Below are positions 11,301-23,300 of a stretch of DNA of 64,000 nt, in pieces. The stretch lies in assembly GCA_964036045.1 (NCBI GenBank), contig OZ038378.1:22630001-22694000 (forward strand). Direction: 5' to 3'. Numbering within the stretch: the first letter of the stretch is position 1; each line of letters begins with the position of its first letter. The notes under the pieces were generated by a model. It made no database searches, was not told where the DNA came from, and was given only the letters and a program-made list of their open reading frames with translations. This DNA comes from Eutreptiella sp. 'Long Island Sound 2002' (taxonomy: Eukaryota; Protista; Euglenida). Made by a program: the position numbers and the translations under genes.

Positions 11301-14300
11301 GGGATTGTTTTTGACATGGACAAAGGGGATACACCGGATGTCTCCCGCCCCACAGCCCCAGCCAGTGCAGCCAATGGGACGCCATTCAAGGCCATTCAAA
11401 ATGGGTCATTCGAGGGATTCAATGTTTCAACCTAATTCGACGCAGGGCATTCTTTGATAAGACCAATTACGCCATCCTTAGAATTCCCAAAGTACAGAAT
11501 GCCATACACTTCAATGCGTGTCCTCCATGCAAGCCCGAATTGGGCTATTTTTTTGACATGGGTGCCAGCCCCCCCCCCCCCCTTTAAGCTCCGGGAAAAG
11601 CAGCAAAGGGCTCAACGAGATTTTTTCGAATTTTTCTGGGTGCTGTTGCTTCATCCAAGTCATTGAGGGTCAAAACTAATCTCTTTCGGGTTTCCGAGGC
11701 TGTTGCTTACCCACGCCTTACAGGCACCCGCACCCATGGAAAAGTTCTTAAAGCTGACTGTCAAATTGCCTGACAATCCTTCCTCTGATGAAGGTAGTGC
11801 TGATGCTCTGACTCAGGCTCCAGTTCCAGCTCCTCAGAGTCTTCAGACTCTTCCAATTCTTCTGTGGCTGGGAGTAGTGAAGGGTGTTGTCGCCCATCAT
11901 TGCTCCCCCTGCCCCCCCGCCCCAGCCCAACAGCCTCCCCAACACCCCTTCCAAGCACAGCACTGCCTGTAGGTCCCTTCACCCACACCATTTCGTCAGA
12001 TGCATACGTGCATGCATGCATACACATATACATTAAATTGCATTGCATTGCATTGCACTGCATGGCACACATACATACATGCATACATATGTGCATGCAC
12101 GCATGCATACACCATACTGCGCACGACTGCTGGTGCCACAGTTCCCTGCCACAGGCATGCCATAACTCGCTCCGTACCCAATACAGTGCGACGGCCCTGC
12201 CGCACGAAGAGTCTCCTGCATGCCATGATGTACCGTGGACCCGATTCCGGTCTATATTTCTTATTCGCGCATGACACGCCCTTTTCCGAGGTGTCTGAGG
12301 CGATGTTCATGTGGGATCAAGGCGTGTCCTGGACACTGGGGAGGGCGAGCGTGCAGAAATGTGATGCAATTTGAAGCGACACCAGACCTCCCTCTTAAAT
12401 CCCAAAAGGCGAAGCGAAGATGCATGCAGCGATGGGACATTGAAAGCCCTCTCGCACGATTCCTGTCGCAATTTGCAGTACTCTGGACTGCCATAGTGCA
12501 TAGTGTCCTCTTACAAAGAAAGGATGGGCAGTTACGAGGGGGTAAGACGCACTGGCAAATAGTACCGGTCATGGTGTCAGCCATTCTGCTGTTGTCGACA
12601 GCAATTGCTCGTCGTCCATGGCGTCTCTAGGTAATGAGTGCTCACATGCCAACCTGTTCCCCTCAGGTGTGCACATTTACATCACCTACAGCCTGTTCCG
12701 ACATGATTTGACGCACTGGGTCCTCTTTGTAACACAGTCAGGTGTGTAGAGTGCGGGGCTGGGGTCTGGTGTCCCACAAGGACCAATGTCCACACTGCTC
12801 CACACTTGAATGTCCATTCCTTCCGCACTGCCCCGGGAATTTTCCCTCCAGCGACCCCGAATCCTGCACAGTACACGCGCACAGTTTGTGCAGTGCCCCC
12901 AGTTATTGGGCACCGCCCTTCACTGTTCGGATCATTGGATACTGCCCTCCCCGTTCCCCAGCCGGATTTGCCGAACGGGCAAGTGAAAAATTCATTTGCT
13001 ACAGGGAAAGCCCCCAAAAAGCGGTGGAGGGTTTGGAAAAGGGGCTTCCGTGACATGTTTTGACGCAGATACCCCGCTTCTTTTTGAACCAGCGGTGGCT
13101 TGATGTTGGGCCGGAAATTTCTTTGGCACAAGTCCCCCCATGACACGTACCTCAAAACGATCAGCTCGTCGTGGCGGATCATTATCACTCAGTGTGTTGG
13201 GGTACCCCCCCGAACCCCCTGACGGGCCTGTCGGCAGTTCGGTAAGGGCCTCAGTCACCCGATCCCTTGTGAGGGGGATGGGGGTCAAAAAAATGGGCTC
13301 GAAGGCCCCCAGCCGGAAGTGAAATTTCCCTTGCCAAGATGCGGCACCGTTGCGGTTTATGGGGCCCCATGTTTTCAGCTGCTCAGAGTTTGGTTGCTTC
13401 ATCTCTCGTTCCCCAACGGAGGTGTTGAAGTGCTATTTGTAGGGCCCCAAGGGGCAGCTGTGAAAGATTTCAACGAGCTGCACCTCAATGAGCAACTAGC
13501 CCTTGATGGCCAGCTCTTGGTGTTGATGAGGGAAACGTGTGTGATTTGCATGCTTGTTCCACACAGCCCAAGAGGGGGCAGGTCCCGAGAGTGATACCTC
13601 CAAGTCGGGCCCGTCCCATTTGGGGTCTAAATTTGTGTCCGTGGGCCATTTGCGCTGTGCATTTCCGCCTGCCGTAAGTTTGTGCGCGTTCTCTGCACCG
13701 AGCAAATGTAAATCCGCGTGCACTTGACATTCCCTCCTGGAACGGAACGGACGCCTACCATTGCTGGGTTGCCCCTCTGCTCGTTGCTGCGGTGTACACC
13801 CCGTTCACCGAGGGGTTTCAGTCTGTGAATAAGGGGGAAGGTCTGCGTTTATCTGCGCTTGCGCTCCCTTCAAACCCCAGGCATGCAGCATTGTCCCTCC
13901 TCCACGTATCCCCAACAAACCCCTACGCAAGGCCTCCGGCAACACAGTGGTGTCAGAAAAAGCACCGGTTTCCCAGGAGGTGGTCATTGCACACTCATTG
14001 GTTGGTCAACTGCAAACCGCCACTGCGCTAATAGTCGGCTGCTGCAGGTGACAGGGAGCCGCCAACCTCTGTTGCTTCAGAGCCACCCGCCCTGCATTGT
14101 TGTGTCGTGCATGCTGATGTTCCAGGCTGGAGGCACATGGGACGAGGTTTGGGGTACGTAAGCCATTCTTGCGGGTGCGATGGATGGATTGGTTGCAGTC
14201 CAATGAAGTGTGTTGCATCTGTCCCGTATGCGTCCATCTTTCTGTGTGATGGACAGCCCAATGTTTAAGACGGGTGCAGTTGTGTTTCCCTGCCAATAAT

Positions 14301-17300
14301 CTGATGTTACACTTGTGCCAGCCACTGCCCTGGGCCATGGTGTGTCACAGAAGGAGGGGCTTCTTTTCACGGCCCTGTTGATGTGTGGGCCCTTTGTGGT
14401 GCATGTGCATGCACATTCCAGGCTTCTCTGTGGCAGCGGTATTGATGTGTCGTGTCCTGTCAGTGCAGTCATCGTCACATTGTGGCCCCAAACTTTCTGC
14501 GCCTCAAAGTTGACTGTGGTCTTGTCCAACGACCACCTCCTACTCAGATGGCGCCTTTCTCCCCTTAAAACACTCTATCGGACCCCCCTCACCCCGAGCA
14601 AACAGCAAAGCATTCCTGGTCGTTGCAAAGGGGAGAGGGGGTTGTACCATTTCCTGGCATACACGGTCCCCTCGAATGCCTCTGCTCGTCTCTGCTGTGT
14701 TGCAGGCTACGCCAACGCTCCAAAGCATGCACCCAGAATGTCTCGCACGGTATTGCCCGTTCCCAAACATTGCTGACGCAGAGAGGGTCTGAGGCACTGG
14801 GGGTGAAGGCGCGGGGCTGAGATTGAGGGACGTAGAGGCCCACGTATAAGCCCCGGGATGTCAGAGGGTTTCATGGCGCGCAGTTGAGCATGCGCACAAA
14901 ACTGCTGCAGCGTAGGGCCAAGGGTTAGGGTCAAGCTGCAGGGGCTGGGCCCCAGGCCTTTGCTAACGGGTGCTTCCGGAAGGAGGTGCATGGAAAGCCT
15001 CCCCGCTCCCTCCATGGGCCCAGCCTGCAACCCATCCTCTCTCTCCGTTTCTCTAACTGTTCCCCACCAACGGTATTTGTGAACCTCCGTAACCGCTGCA
15101 AATCGGGTTGCCAACCCCCTCACCAAGACTGAGTATCGGGACCCGGCTGGTGGGGAAGGGACCATTGCACGCCGGATGCAATGTCCAACATGGGCACAGT
15201 GCACACTTCATCGCTTTGGTCGCGCTGCGCAGTGCGCCACCACGCAGTGTGCACATCGTGCACCGTGCACTTGGTATCCCCCCCCCCCGCCCCCCTGTCA
15301 TATCCATCCCCAGGCCAAAGGGATTGGGGTGCCTGTTGCTCCGGCCACTGCTTTCATTCCGCAGTCCATCGCCAACCCCTACAGCAACTACGCGGCCTAT
15401 GCCCTGAATGCTACGGCTTACGGCCACAGGTATCCCCCGCGCCTTTGCGTTCTGTCATGGTGGGGGCAGGAGGAGGACAGGAGGCACACGGGGGAGCCTG
15501 TGGGGTTGTCGATCAAGTTCTGTTGGTCCCTCTCGGAACGCCTGTCCACTGCCCCTGCAGCCTCCCGCCACGGGCCCGGGGGGATGTGTGTCTGCTGTGC
15601 GCATGCTCCTTGTCTACAGCATGAGTTTCTCGTCCCATTCACTGAGTAGCACATCGCCCACAGGACAGCCGCTGAAGGGACGGCGGTTCTCTGGAAATGT
15701 CAGTCCATCCGCAGCCGGTGCACTGCAGGTACATGCCTTCTGGAGCAGAATGCGGGCGGGGCTGGTGCACAGGGCTGCAGTCCAATGGGGCGATGAGGCA
15801 CCAACGGTTGTAGCATGCCGCAGCATGCTGCAGAATGCCGCAGCATGCCACAGCACCTGATTTTGGGGCCTGTTGGTGGGGGTTTTGAAGCATGCCGCAG
15901 CATACCGCGGCATGCCGCGGCATGCCGCAGCACACTGACAATTCGGCTCAGACCAAAATATTAATACCATCTTTAAGCAACAGTGCAGTAGAGAAGGATG
16001 GTACTCTAGTGGATGAATGCAGTGGCTGTCATTTGAAGGTCCCTGGCTCAATTCCCAGAGATGTCAGCACGATGTCCTACTGGCAGGGACAGCAGGATTC
16101 CAGACTGGCCTATCCCCCCCCCCCCTTTTTTTCTTTCTTGTGGTGTTGTGCTTTGACAGGCCCTTGTTATCTTCACTTTGTCTTCTGATGTCTACTGTTG
16201 AACCCACTGCCGAGGGGACAACACAACCAGAGAGGAACAAGGAGACAACCAGGAGTATCACAGACTGTTTGCAGTGGGCAATTGGAGAAGGCATTGGGCA
16301 GTACCTGTGTTGTACAAACACCCAGGGTGAAGGTCAAAATGGGAAATTGTGTTGTACTTTATGTGCAGTTTGGCTGTCATCAAAGGGTGCCATCTTGAAG
16401 CACCATGTTTTGGGTAAAAACAAGAAACAACCAGATGGTTCCTATGCCCGCCAACCTGGAACACATGCCCGCAAAGCTGCATTGCAATCTGCACCTGCCC
16501 TTGAACCTGAACAATGGCAACAACTGTCGCAACCTCGCACAATTATTGTCAACGTTCCACAACAACAATTGTCTGAGCCCTCCTCAAGTACAACGTCCAG
16601 TCCTACAAATAAGCAAAAGCCCAAATCCGGTGCTTCTGTTTTGGAGGCAATGCTTGAAAAGGGGGGCGCCCTGCAGGAGTCCCAAATGGACATCACCCGG
16701 ACGTTTTCGGCCACGAATATTCCTCCGGAGAAATTGGGACACCCGGAGATGAAGGAATTTTTTGCCAAGTATTTGGCACAATATCCCTTGGTCCATCCCA
16801 ACAATTACTGTGGGACATGGTTGCCAAAGGCGGGTTCTGACCAACGGGTCAGGATTGAGCGGATCTTTCGGAAACGGGAGCGACGTTTAGAATGTTGGGG
16901 AACACTATTTTGTTACCAGGTACATTATCCGGGTACAAGTGTACCCGGACGACAGCCACGTTGGGGAACACACTATTTGTTACCGGGTACATTATCCGGG
17001 TACCCGGACGACAGCGACGTTTAGAACGTCGGGGAACACCGGGTACATTATCCGGGTACACGTGTACCTGGACGACAGCGACGTGTAGAACGTTCCTAAC
17101 GTTGGGTGCGAACAGAAGTTGAATCAAGCGATGAAACTCCTTCAACTCAGGAAGGTAGGCACCGTCAAACGCCACTTTTGGCACCTTGGCCAACAAGTGG
17201 GGCCAGCAAGGCAAATGCACGCAATTAGAATATCCCTTCGCAGATTTAAAGCGTTCAACGGCCGCAACCATGTATGGTGGGGAATCATGGACAAACAAAC

Positions 17301-20300
17301 GGACGTCCGACTGTTCCACATGAAAATCTCGACGGACGGCGTCAATGGCATCACTCACAGCTGTGGCATTGACCTCATTAAGAAATTTCAGGTCCAGGTG
17401 GAATGCCAACTCCCCCGCACTCTCCGACTTGAAAACCTTCAGAAAGAGTAACACATTGATTACCAGTTGGTACTCCTCGATTGGCCGCGGATCATTAGAC
17501 TCATTAGCGAAAATCACAACAAAATGTTGGTACGGCAGGGGGTCTCTGGTCACCGAATCGGGCCGATAAGCTTTCCAAAAAAACAAACGCCGCTCTGGGG
17601 GAGGGGGGGGGGGGATAGCCAAGCAGCCAAAGTGGATTGGGTTGGGGTGAGTGGGGGTTAATTCTTGTTTTCCTGGTTTTCACGCATGTTTGAGTTCTCC
17701 AGAAATTTCTGAGCATTTTGAATATACACACGCCGGCCCCCTGGCTGGAACCCCCCCTCCAGCCTCCCCCGGAGCCCGCTAAAGTTCTCGCACACGGTCG
17801 AGGGTCTATGTCCTGCGTGGCCGTGTGTTGGGGGGGGCAGTGCTGTGCACAGGGGCAAGTAGTGCAACTCTGCTTTTCCCAGAGGAGACCAAAGCCGAAA
17901 CATTCCTCCGGCCTCATGAACGAACAGTAGCAGCCCCCCTCTGCCCCGAGCGAATGGCTGACAGCCCTGCGTTATTCTGGTTGTGGGGGGGGGGGGGGGG
18001 GCATGCGACTGTGAGTGAGGGCGCGCTCTGGAGGGCGCCCGGCGCAAACAACAATGTGTTACCTTCACGTGACCTCCACATGCTCGATTCATGAAGCTCC
18101 TTTTGATGGACGCCTCTGTTCTAAACGGTTTCAAAACTTAGTAAAAAAACCAATTTGTTACTAAGTAAGTGGGGTTTCTACTCAGTTGCGAAACTTAGTA
18201 AAAAAATATTTTTTTTACTAAGTAAAGAACTTAGTGGAAAAAAAAAATTTTTTACTAAGTAAAAAGCTTAGTAGAAAAGGAATTTTTTTACTAAGTAAAA
18301 AACTTAGTAGAAAAAAATTTTTTTTCACTAGGTAAAAAACTTAGTAGAAAAAAAAATTTTTACTAAGTAAAAAACTTAGTAGAAAAAAAATTTTACCCCA
18401 CTTTTATCGAAGCTATGCAGCGGTGGGGATCCCCGAGACGGCAGGGGTGACGTAGCCACCTTGCGCACTTGTGGGCCACTTCTGATCTTGCCCCCCGCTC
18501 TGAAGCGGTGGGGATCCCCAAGACGGCAGGGGTGACGTAGCCACTTTGCCCACAAGTGGGCCACTTCTGATTTTCCCCCCGCTTTGAAGCGGTGGGGATT
18601 CCCGAGACGGCAGGAGTGACGTAGCCACTTTGCCCACAAGTGGGCCACTTCTAATCTTGCCCCCCGCTCTGAAGCGGTGGGGATCCCCAAGACGGCAGGG
18701 GTGACGTAGCCACTTTGCCCACAAGTGGGCCACTTCTGATTTCCCCCCCCGCTCTGAAGCGGTGGGGATCCCCGAGACGGCAGGGGTGACGTAGCCACTT
18801 TGCCCACTTGTGGGCCACTTCTGATTTTCCCCCCGCTTTGAAGCGGTGGGGATTCCCGAGACGGCAGGAGTGACGTAGCCACTTTGCCCACAAGTGGGCC
18901 ACTTCTAATCTTGCCCCCCGCTCTGAAGCGGTGGGGATCCCCAAGACGGCAGGGGTGACGTAGCCACTTTGCCCACAAGTGGGCCACTTCTGATTTCCCC
19001 CCCCGCTCTGCAGCGGTGGGGATCCCCGAGACGGCAGGGGTGTGTCAATCCGAGATTTGTGTAGGATTGCGCCAATTTTGGGCGGCCAACGTTGTTGCTG
19101 CTGTTGTTGCTTTTGCTGCAGTTACTGCTGCCAATGCCACTCATGCCACTCTTGCCAATGCCAATGCCACTTATGACACCCGTCCCGGTGTGTGGATCTG
19201 TCGGAAGTGGTATGCGTTGCCTCCTCAATACCCCCAAAATGCTGATGGTCAATTGGAAAATGACCAAGAATTTTGCAGAAAGCTGCATTTGGAAAAGAAA
19301 ACAAATCTCTTTGAGAGATGCAAGCTGAATCCCACACCGAGAGGCAAGCCTCACTATAGTATTTTGATCTTCAAGCGTGTCTTTTGTAACTACTTGTAAG
19401 TAGTTGGCCCCACCCTCCCTCCCTCCTCTGTGCATGCATGCATACGATACTCAACCCTCTTTGGTAAAGTGGTTGTGTGATCCCTCCCTCCTCTGTGCAT
19501 GCATGCATACGGTACTGAACCCTCCTTGGTGAAGCGGTTGTGCCTCTCTCCTCCGTGCATGATGGTTTGGCCCGGGTGGGGCGCCACTAACACAAGTGGC
19601 CGGGAATCGACCTGGGGGCTTTATGCCCTTAAACAAAAGTACCACCTACCATCAAAGTGTGCAGTTTTTTGTGCAATTTTTTTCAAAAAAATTTGTCTTT
19701 TTACTTAGTAACTTACTTAGTAGTAATTTTTTAAAAAAAATTTTACTCGGTTTTACCTCAAATCTACTAAGTTTTACCACATTTTACTAAGTTTTACCTC
19801 GTCTGGTACTCAGTTTTACCAAATACCCGGGTCCGCCACCGGCGCATGTTGGGCCCGGGGCAGTCTGCCGGACGATCCGTCCGCCCTGCACTTCTAGAGG
19901 GAGCACTCCCTCGGCTGCGGAGGACTGGGGAGGGGGGGCGGGGGGGTAGGCCGGGCAGGTCCGGTTTGTGGGTCCCGCTACCCGTGCCCAGCAGTTTTTG
20001 TGCGAAGCGAGCGATGCGCTTCCGGGGTTTCCGCCTCCGCGGGGCCACTCGCGCGTCGTACTGTTTGTGACGGAACAGGGCCACTGCTGCGCTTCGTTCT
20101 TCTGTGGCATGATGTGCTGCTGCTGCGTGCCTCCGGGGGTGGGGGGCATGGACCCCCGAGGGATGTGCTTGTGCTGGTGCCTCGTGCGCCGCATTGCCCA
20201 TGCAGGTGCGCACAGACCTTGGCGTGCAGGGCAGGCAGGCGGAAGCGGATGGCTTGGCCATGCAAGTGGCCCAGGACCGGCGGAACTTCGAAGTGGCCCA

Positions 20301-23300
20301 GATGCGCTTTGAGAGGGAGAAGGCGGAATGGAGCCTTGGGAAAGACAAGCTCGAGGTCGTTTGGGCGTTGATGGGGCAGTGCGTCTGAGGCAGGCCCGGG
20401 CAGGCGTGGGGCGGCCGATGGGCCAGTCATAGCGCGAAATGTGGCACAGACGCCGTGTGTCAGGGCCCTCGCAGCGAATGCCAGGCCGACACGCACGTGT
20501 CGGGGAGGGGGGCCGTCGCTGCTCGAGCACTCACGAGGTCGCTCAGGAGGCCTACCAATCCCTGGGGTGCCCGGCCTCTTGCCAACACAGCCCCGAGCAG
20601 TGTGTTGCGGTGTCAAATTGCCATGCGCCCGCCAAATGTTCAATGGTCTGCGGGCGGGGGCAATCTGCCATGCACCCCCCAAACCGGGGATTGGGGGTGG
20701 CCAACAACTTGCCACCCCCCGTGTACTACTTTGGGAGAGGGCGGCAACTCGCCACGCCACCCCCGCCCCCCCGCCGCCCCGGTAGTTATTAGTGGTTGGT
20801 CCCAATTAGCCGCTGGCCCTCCAAGTAGCAGTTGAGCGTGCTGTGGTGTGAGCCATGTGCTGGAGTGCGAGCAAGGTGCTGTGCTATCAGCGATGGGCAG
20901 GGCTGCTCGGACGTGTTGGGGGTGGAGCAGCGTGCCGGGGTGTGAGTACCGTGCTGGGGTTTGTGCACCCAGCTTTTGTTCTACCTACTTGCTTGGGGTG
21001 TGCGCAGTGTGCAGGGCTGTGAGTAACACGCCGGGGGGTGAGTGATGTACCGTAGTCTTGAGCAACGTGGTCACTTTGCTGGGGTGTGTGCAACGTCACC
21101 TGTCCTCTGGGGCGTGGGTACTGTACCAGGTGACAGTGCCATCGTGTGAGCAGTGTGCCTTGGTTTGAGCAGTTTGATGGGGTGGGAGCACTGTGGTGGA
21201 GTGTAAACTGCGCGCCACCACATGAGCGACGTGCTGCCACGTGAGGCATGTGGTTTACTGCGAGCAATGCGCTGGGGTGGGCCCCGGGGCAACGTGCTGG
21301 AGGGTGTGCGGTATGCCGAGTGCACACCGTGCTCGGCGACCAACAGTGTGCCAGGACGTGAGCAATGTGCTGCGGTGTGAGCACACTATTTTTTTTTTGA
21401 GAGGGCTGTAGGTATGCGCGCGTGTGCGCGAATACGAAGTGAAAAACGAAGTGGAAACATATACACAAAAACGTACAGTATGCGTATACGCATATACATG
21501 CCCATGTGCACGGGTAAACGCCGTTAGCGGATCCTTTTTTGGGGAAGGGGGGCCTTTGGCCCCCTTCGCAAATATTGTCTCTTCACGTCTACAACATGCC
21601 GACAGTGTCTACAATCAGCAGGCCGCGTCTACTTGTGGTGCACAGTGTCTACAGACTATACTCGGGTAAACGTGTCTGTGCACTGTGTCCACAAACCACG
21701 CACAGTGTCTACAAGCTATGCACAGTGTCTACAGACTACATGTATATGCGTATACGCACGTATACGCACATATCTGATTTTTGAGGTGTGCTTCTGCTTC
21801 AGGTGGAGAAGGACGAAGTGCAGCAGGCGAAGATGCGTGCGGAGATGGAAGGACAGGAATACAAGGACGCAGCGGCGAGACTTGAGGAAAAGAACAGGGA
21901 GCTTGACCAGCACATGCAGAGGTCGTTTGAGGGACGGCGTTGGGTTGTTGTGTGCAGTGCATCCCGAGGGGTCAGGGGCAGGAGTTGGGGGCGGGGGTCG
22001 CCGCTGGGACTGGGCTGCAGATAGCACGAGGCGGCTGAATGAAGTGTTTCGGGATGCAGCAGCCTTTCTGCTCCGCTGTGACTGTTCAGATAGTCCGAAT
22101 CTGGTGCCAAATTGCCGGCCAACTGCATTCAGCAAAACTGTTGGGCGAGTTGAAGGTAACGTCTATGCACAGCAACACGCCCGCACTTCCTGGCCTTCGC
22201 CACGCTTAGTCGCCAGACGTCGCCGGGCTTTGGCGTCACATGACCATTGGGATCCCGGCGCCTCAGAAAGAAAATTGTGTGTGTGGTGGCCCCACCTCAG
22301 AAATCTCCATGATGCATACATGTCCATTCTGTGCCCCTTGTCCCACTCTTCCAAGTGGGCAATGGTGGGAAAGGAGGGTGTGAGGTGAACGCCGCTACAC
22401 GTGCTGGGCAAAGTTGTTCAAAGTCGTGTTGGCTGCGTGACAGTGGGGGGACAATGATTACTCCTGGTCACATACCTACATACTCCCCAACCTGCATGGG
22501 TGTACAACCCCAAGAGCACGCCCTATCGCATTGGTGGGGAATCTGCTCCATGGCGTCTTGTGCTGTGGTGGGTGCAACGCTTCAAAACACAGGGCAGACA
22601 CGCAACACACATGCCATCATCATCACCCGGTGCCACTTGCAATTTTTGCCGCAGACAGTGCCGGCCGTTGAAGATGTGTTTTTGCTTGTTTGATTTCGAG
22701 GTACAAACAGGTCGCACACAGGACGTGGCACTGCAAAAAGGTAAACAGTGAGCGACCAGCGTTTCTGGAAAGCCCCCTCCCCCCACAGGACGCTTTTCAT
22801 GTGGTGCCTGCGGCGTGTTCTGCAGCATGCAGTTTGGGAAACCTGCCTAGATGTGGAATATAGTTTGTGCATTGTTGAGCTAACACCTGAAGCCCATGTG
22901 AGTTGCATTGATGTTGTTGTTGTGAAGCCTACTGAGCGCCAGATGGAGCAAGATGAATATTATAAGAGATACTGTTTGTTGCTCGTGTGACTGTTGCTGA
23001 GCTTGTTGTTGTGAACCAATAAACCAGGTTTCGTAACCCTGCGGCGCGCAAAAAGCGTTCTCCAAGCCAACCCCCATGTGGGAACAAAGTCCAGATTGCC
23101 CGATCACCCTCCCCAGAATTGTTGTAAAGCCACATGCGCCTGTCCATGAAGGCACAGGCAATCAGATACTGCAAGGGAACCCGTACACTCAACCGGTACG
23201 ATTAGTGGTGTAGACTAGCCATATGTATTGACTGTATGTAGTGAGTGTATATCTCGAGGGATATGGTGGCCAGGTAGAGTCACTGTGTAGAGTGGCGGTG

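Larger units (their letters stand above)
18133..19795. mobile_element. Composite non-autonomous DNA-transposon-like element with ACTTAGT/ACTAAGT ends
   Basis: 14 bp inverted match AAAACTTAGTAAAA (18133) / TTTTACTAAGTTTT (19782); the same 7-mers are iterated at both ends; internal tandem arrays and an ORF remnant (19040-19399). Confidence 0.55.

Noticed and set aside
11816-11970. Ser/Pro-rich segment (GSSSSSSESSDSSNSS...) as a further symmetric phase-1 exon
   Set aside because: It has AG/GT bounds but is not needed for the exon chain, and low complexity gives no independent support
18376-18987. 203 aa and overlapping ORFs in the 85 bp array
   Set aside because: The same peptides cycle through all frames, as expected for a non-triplet tandem repeat
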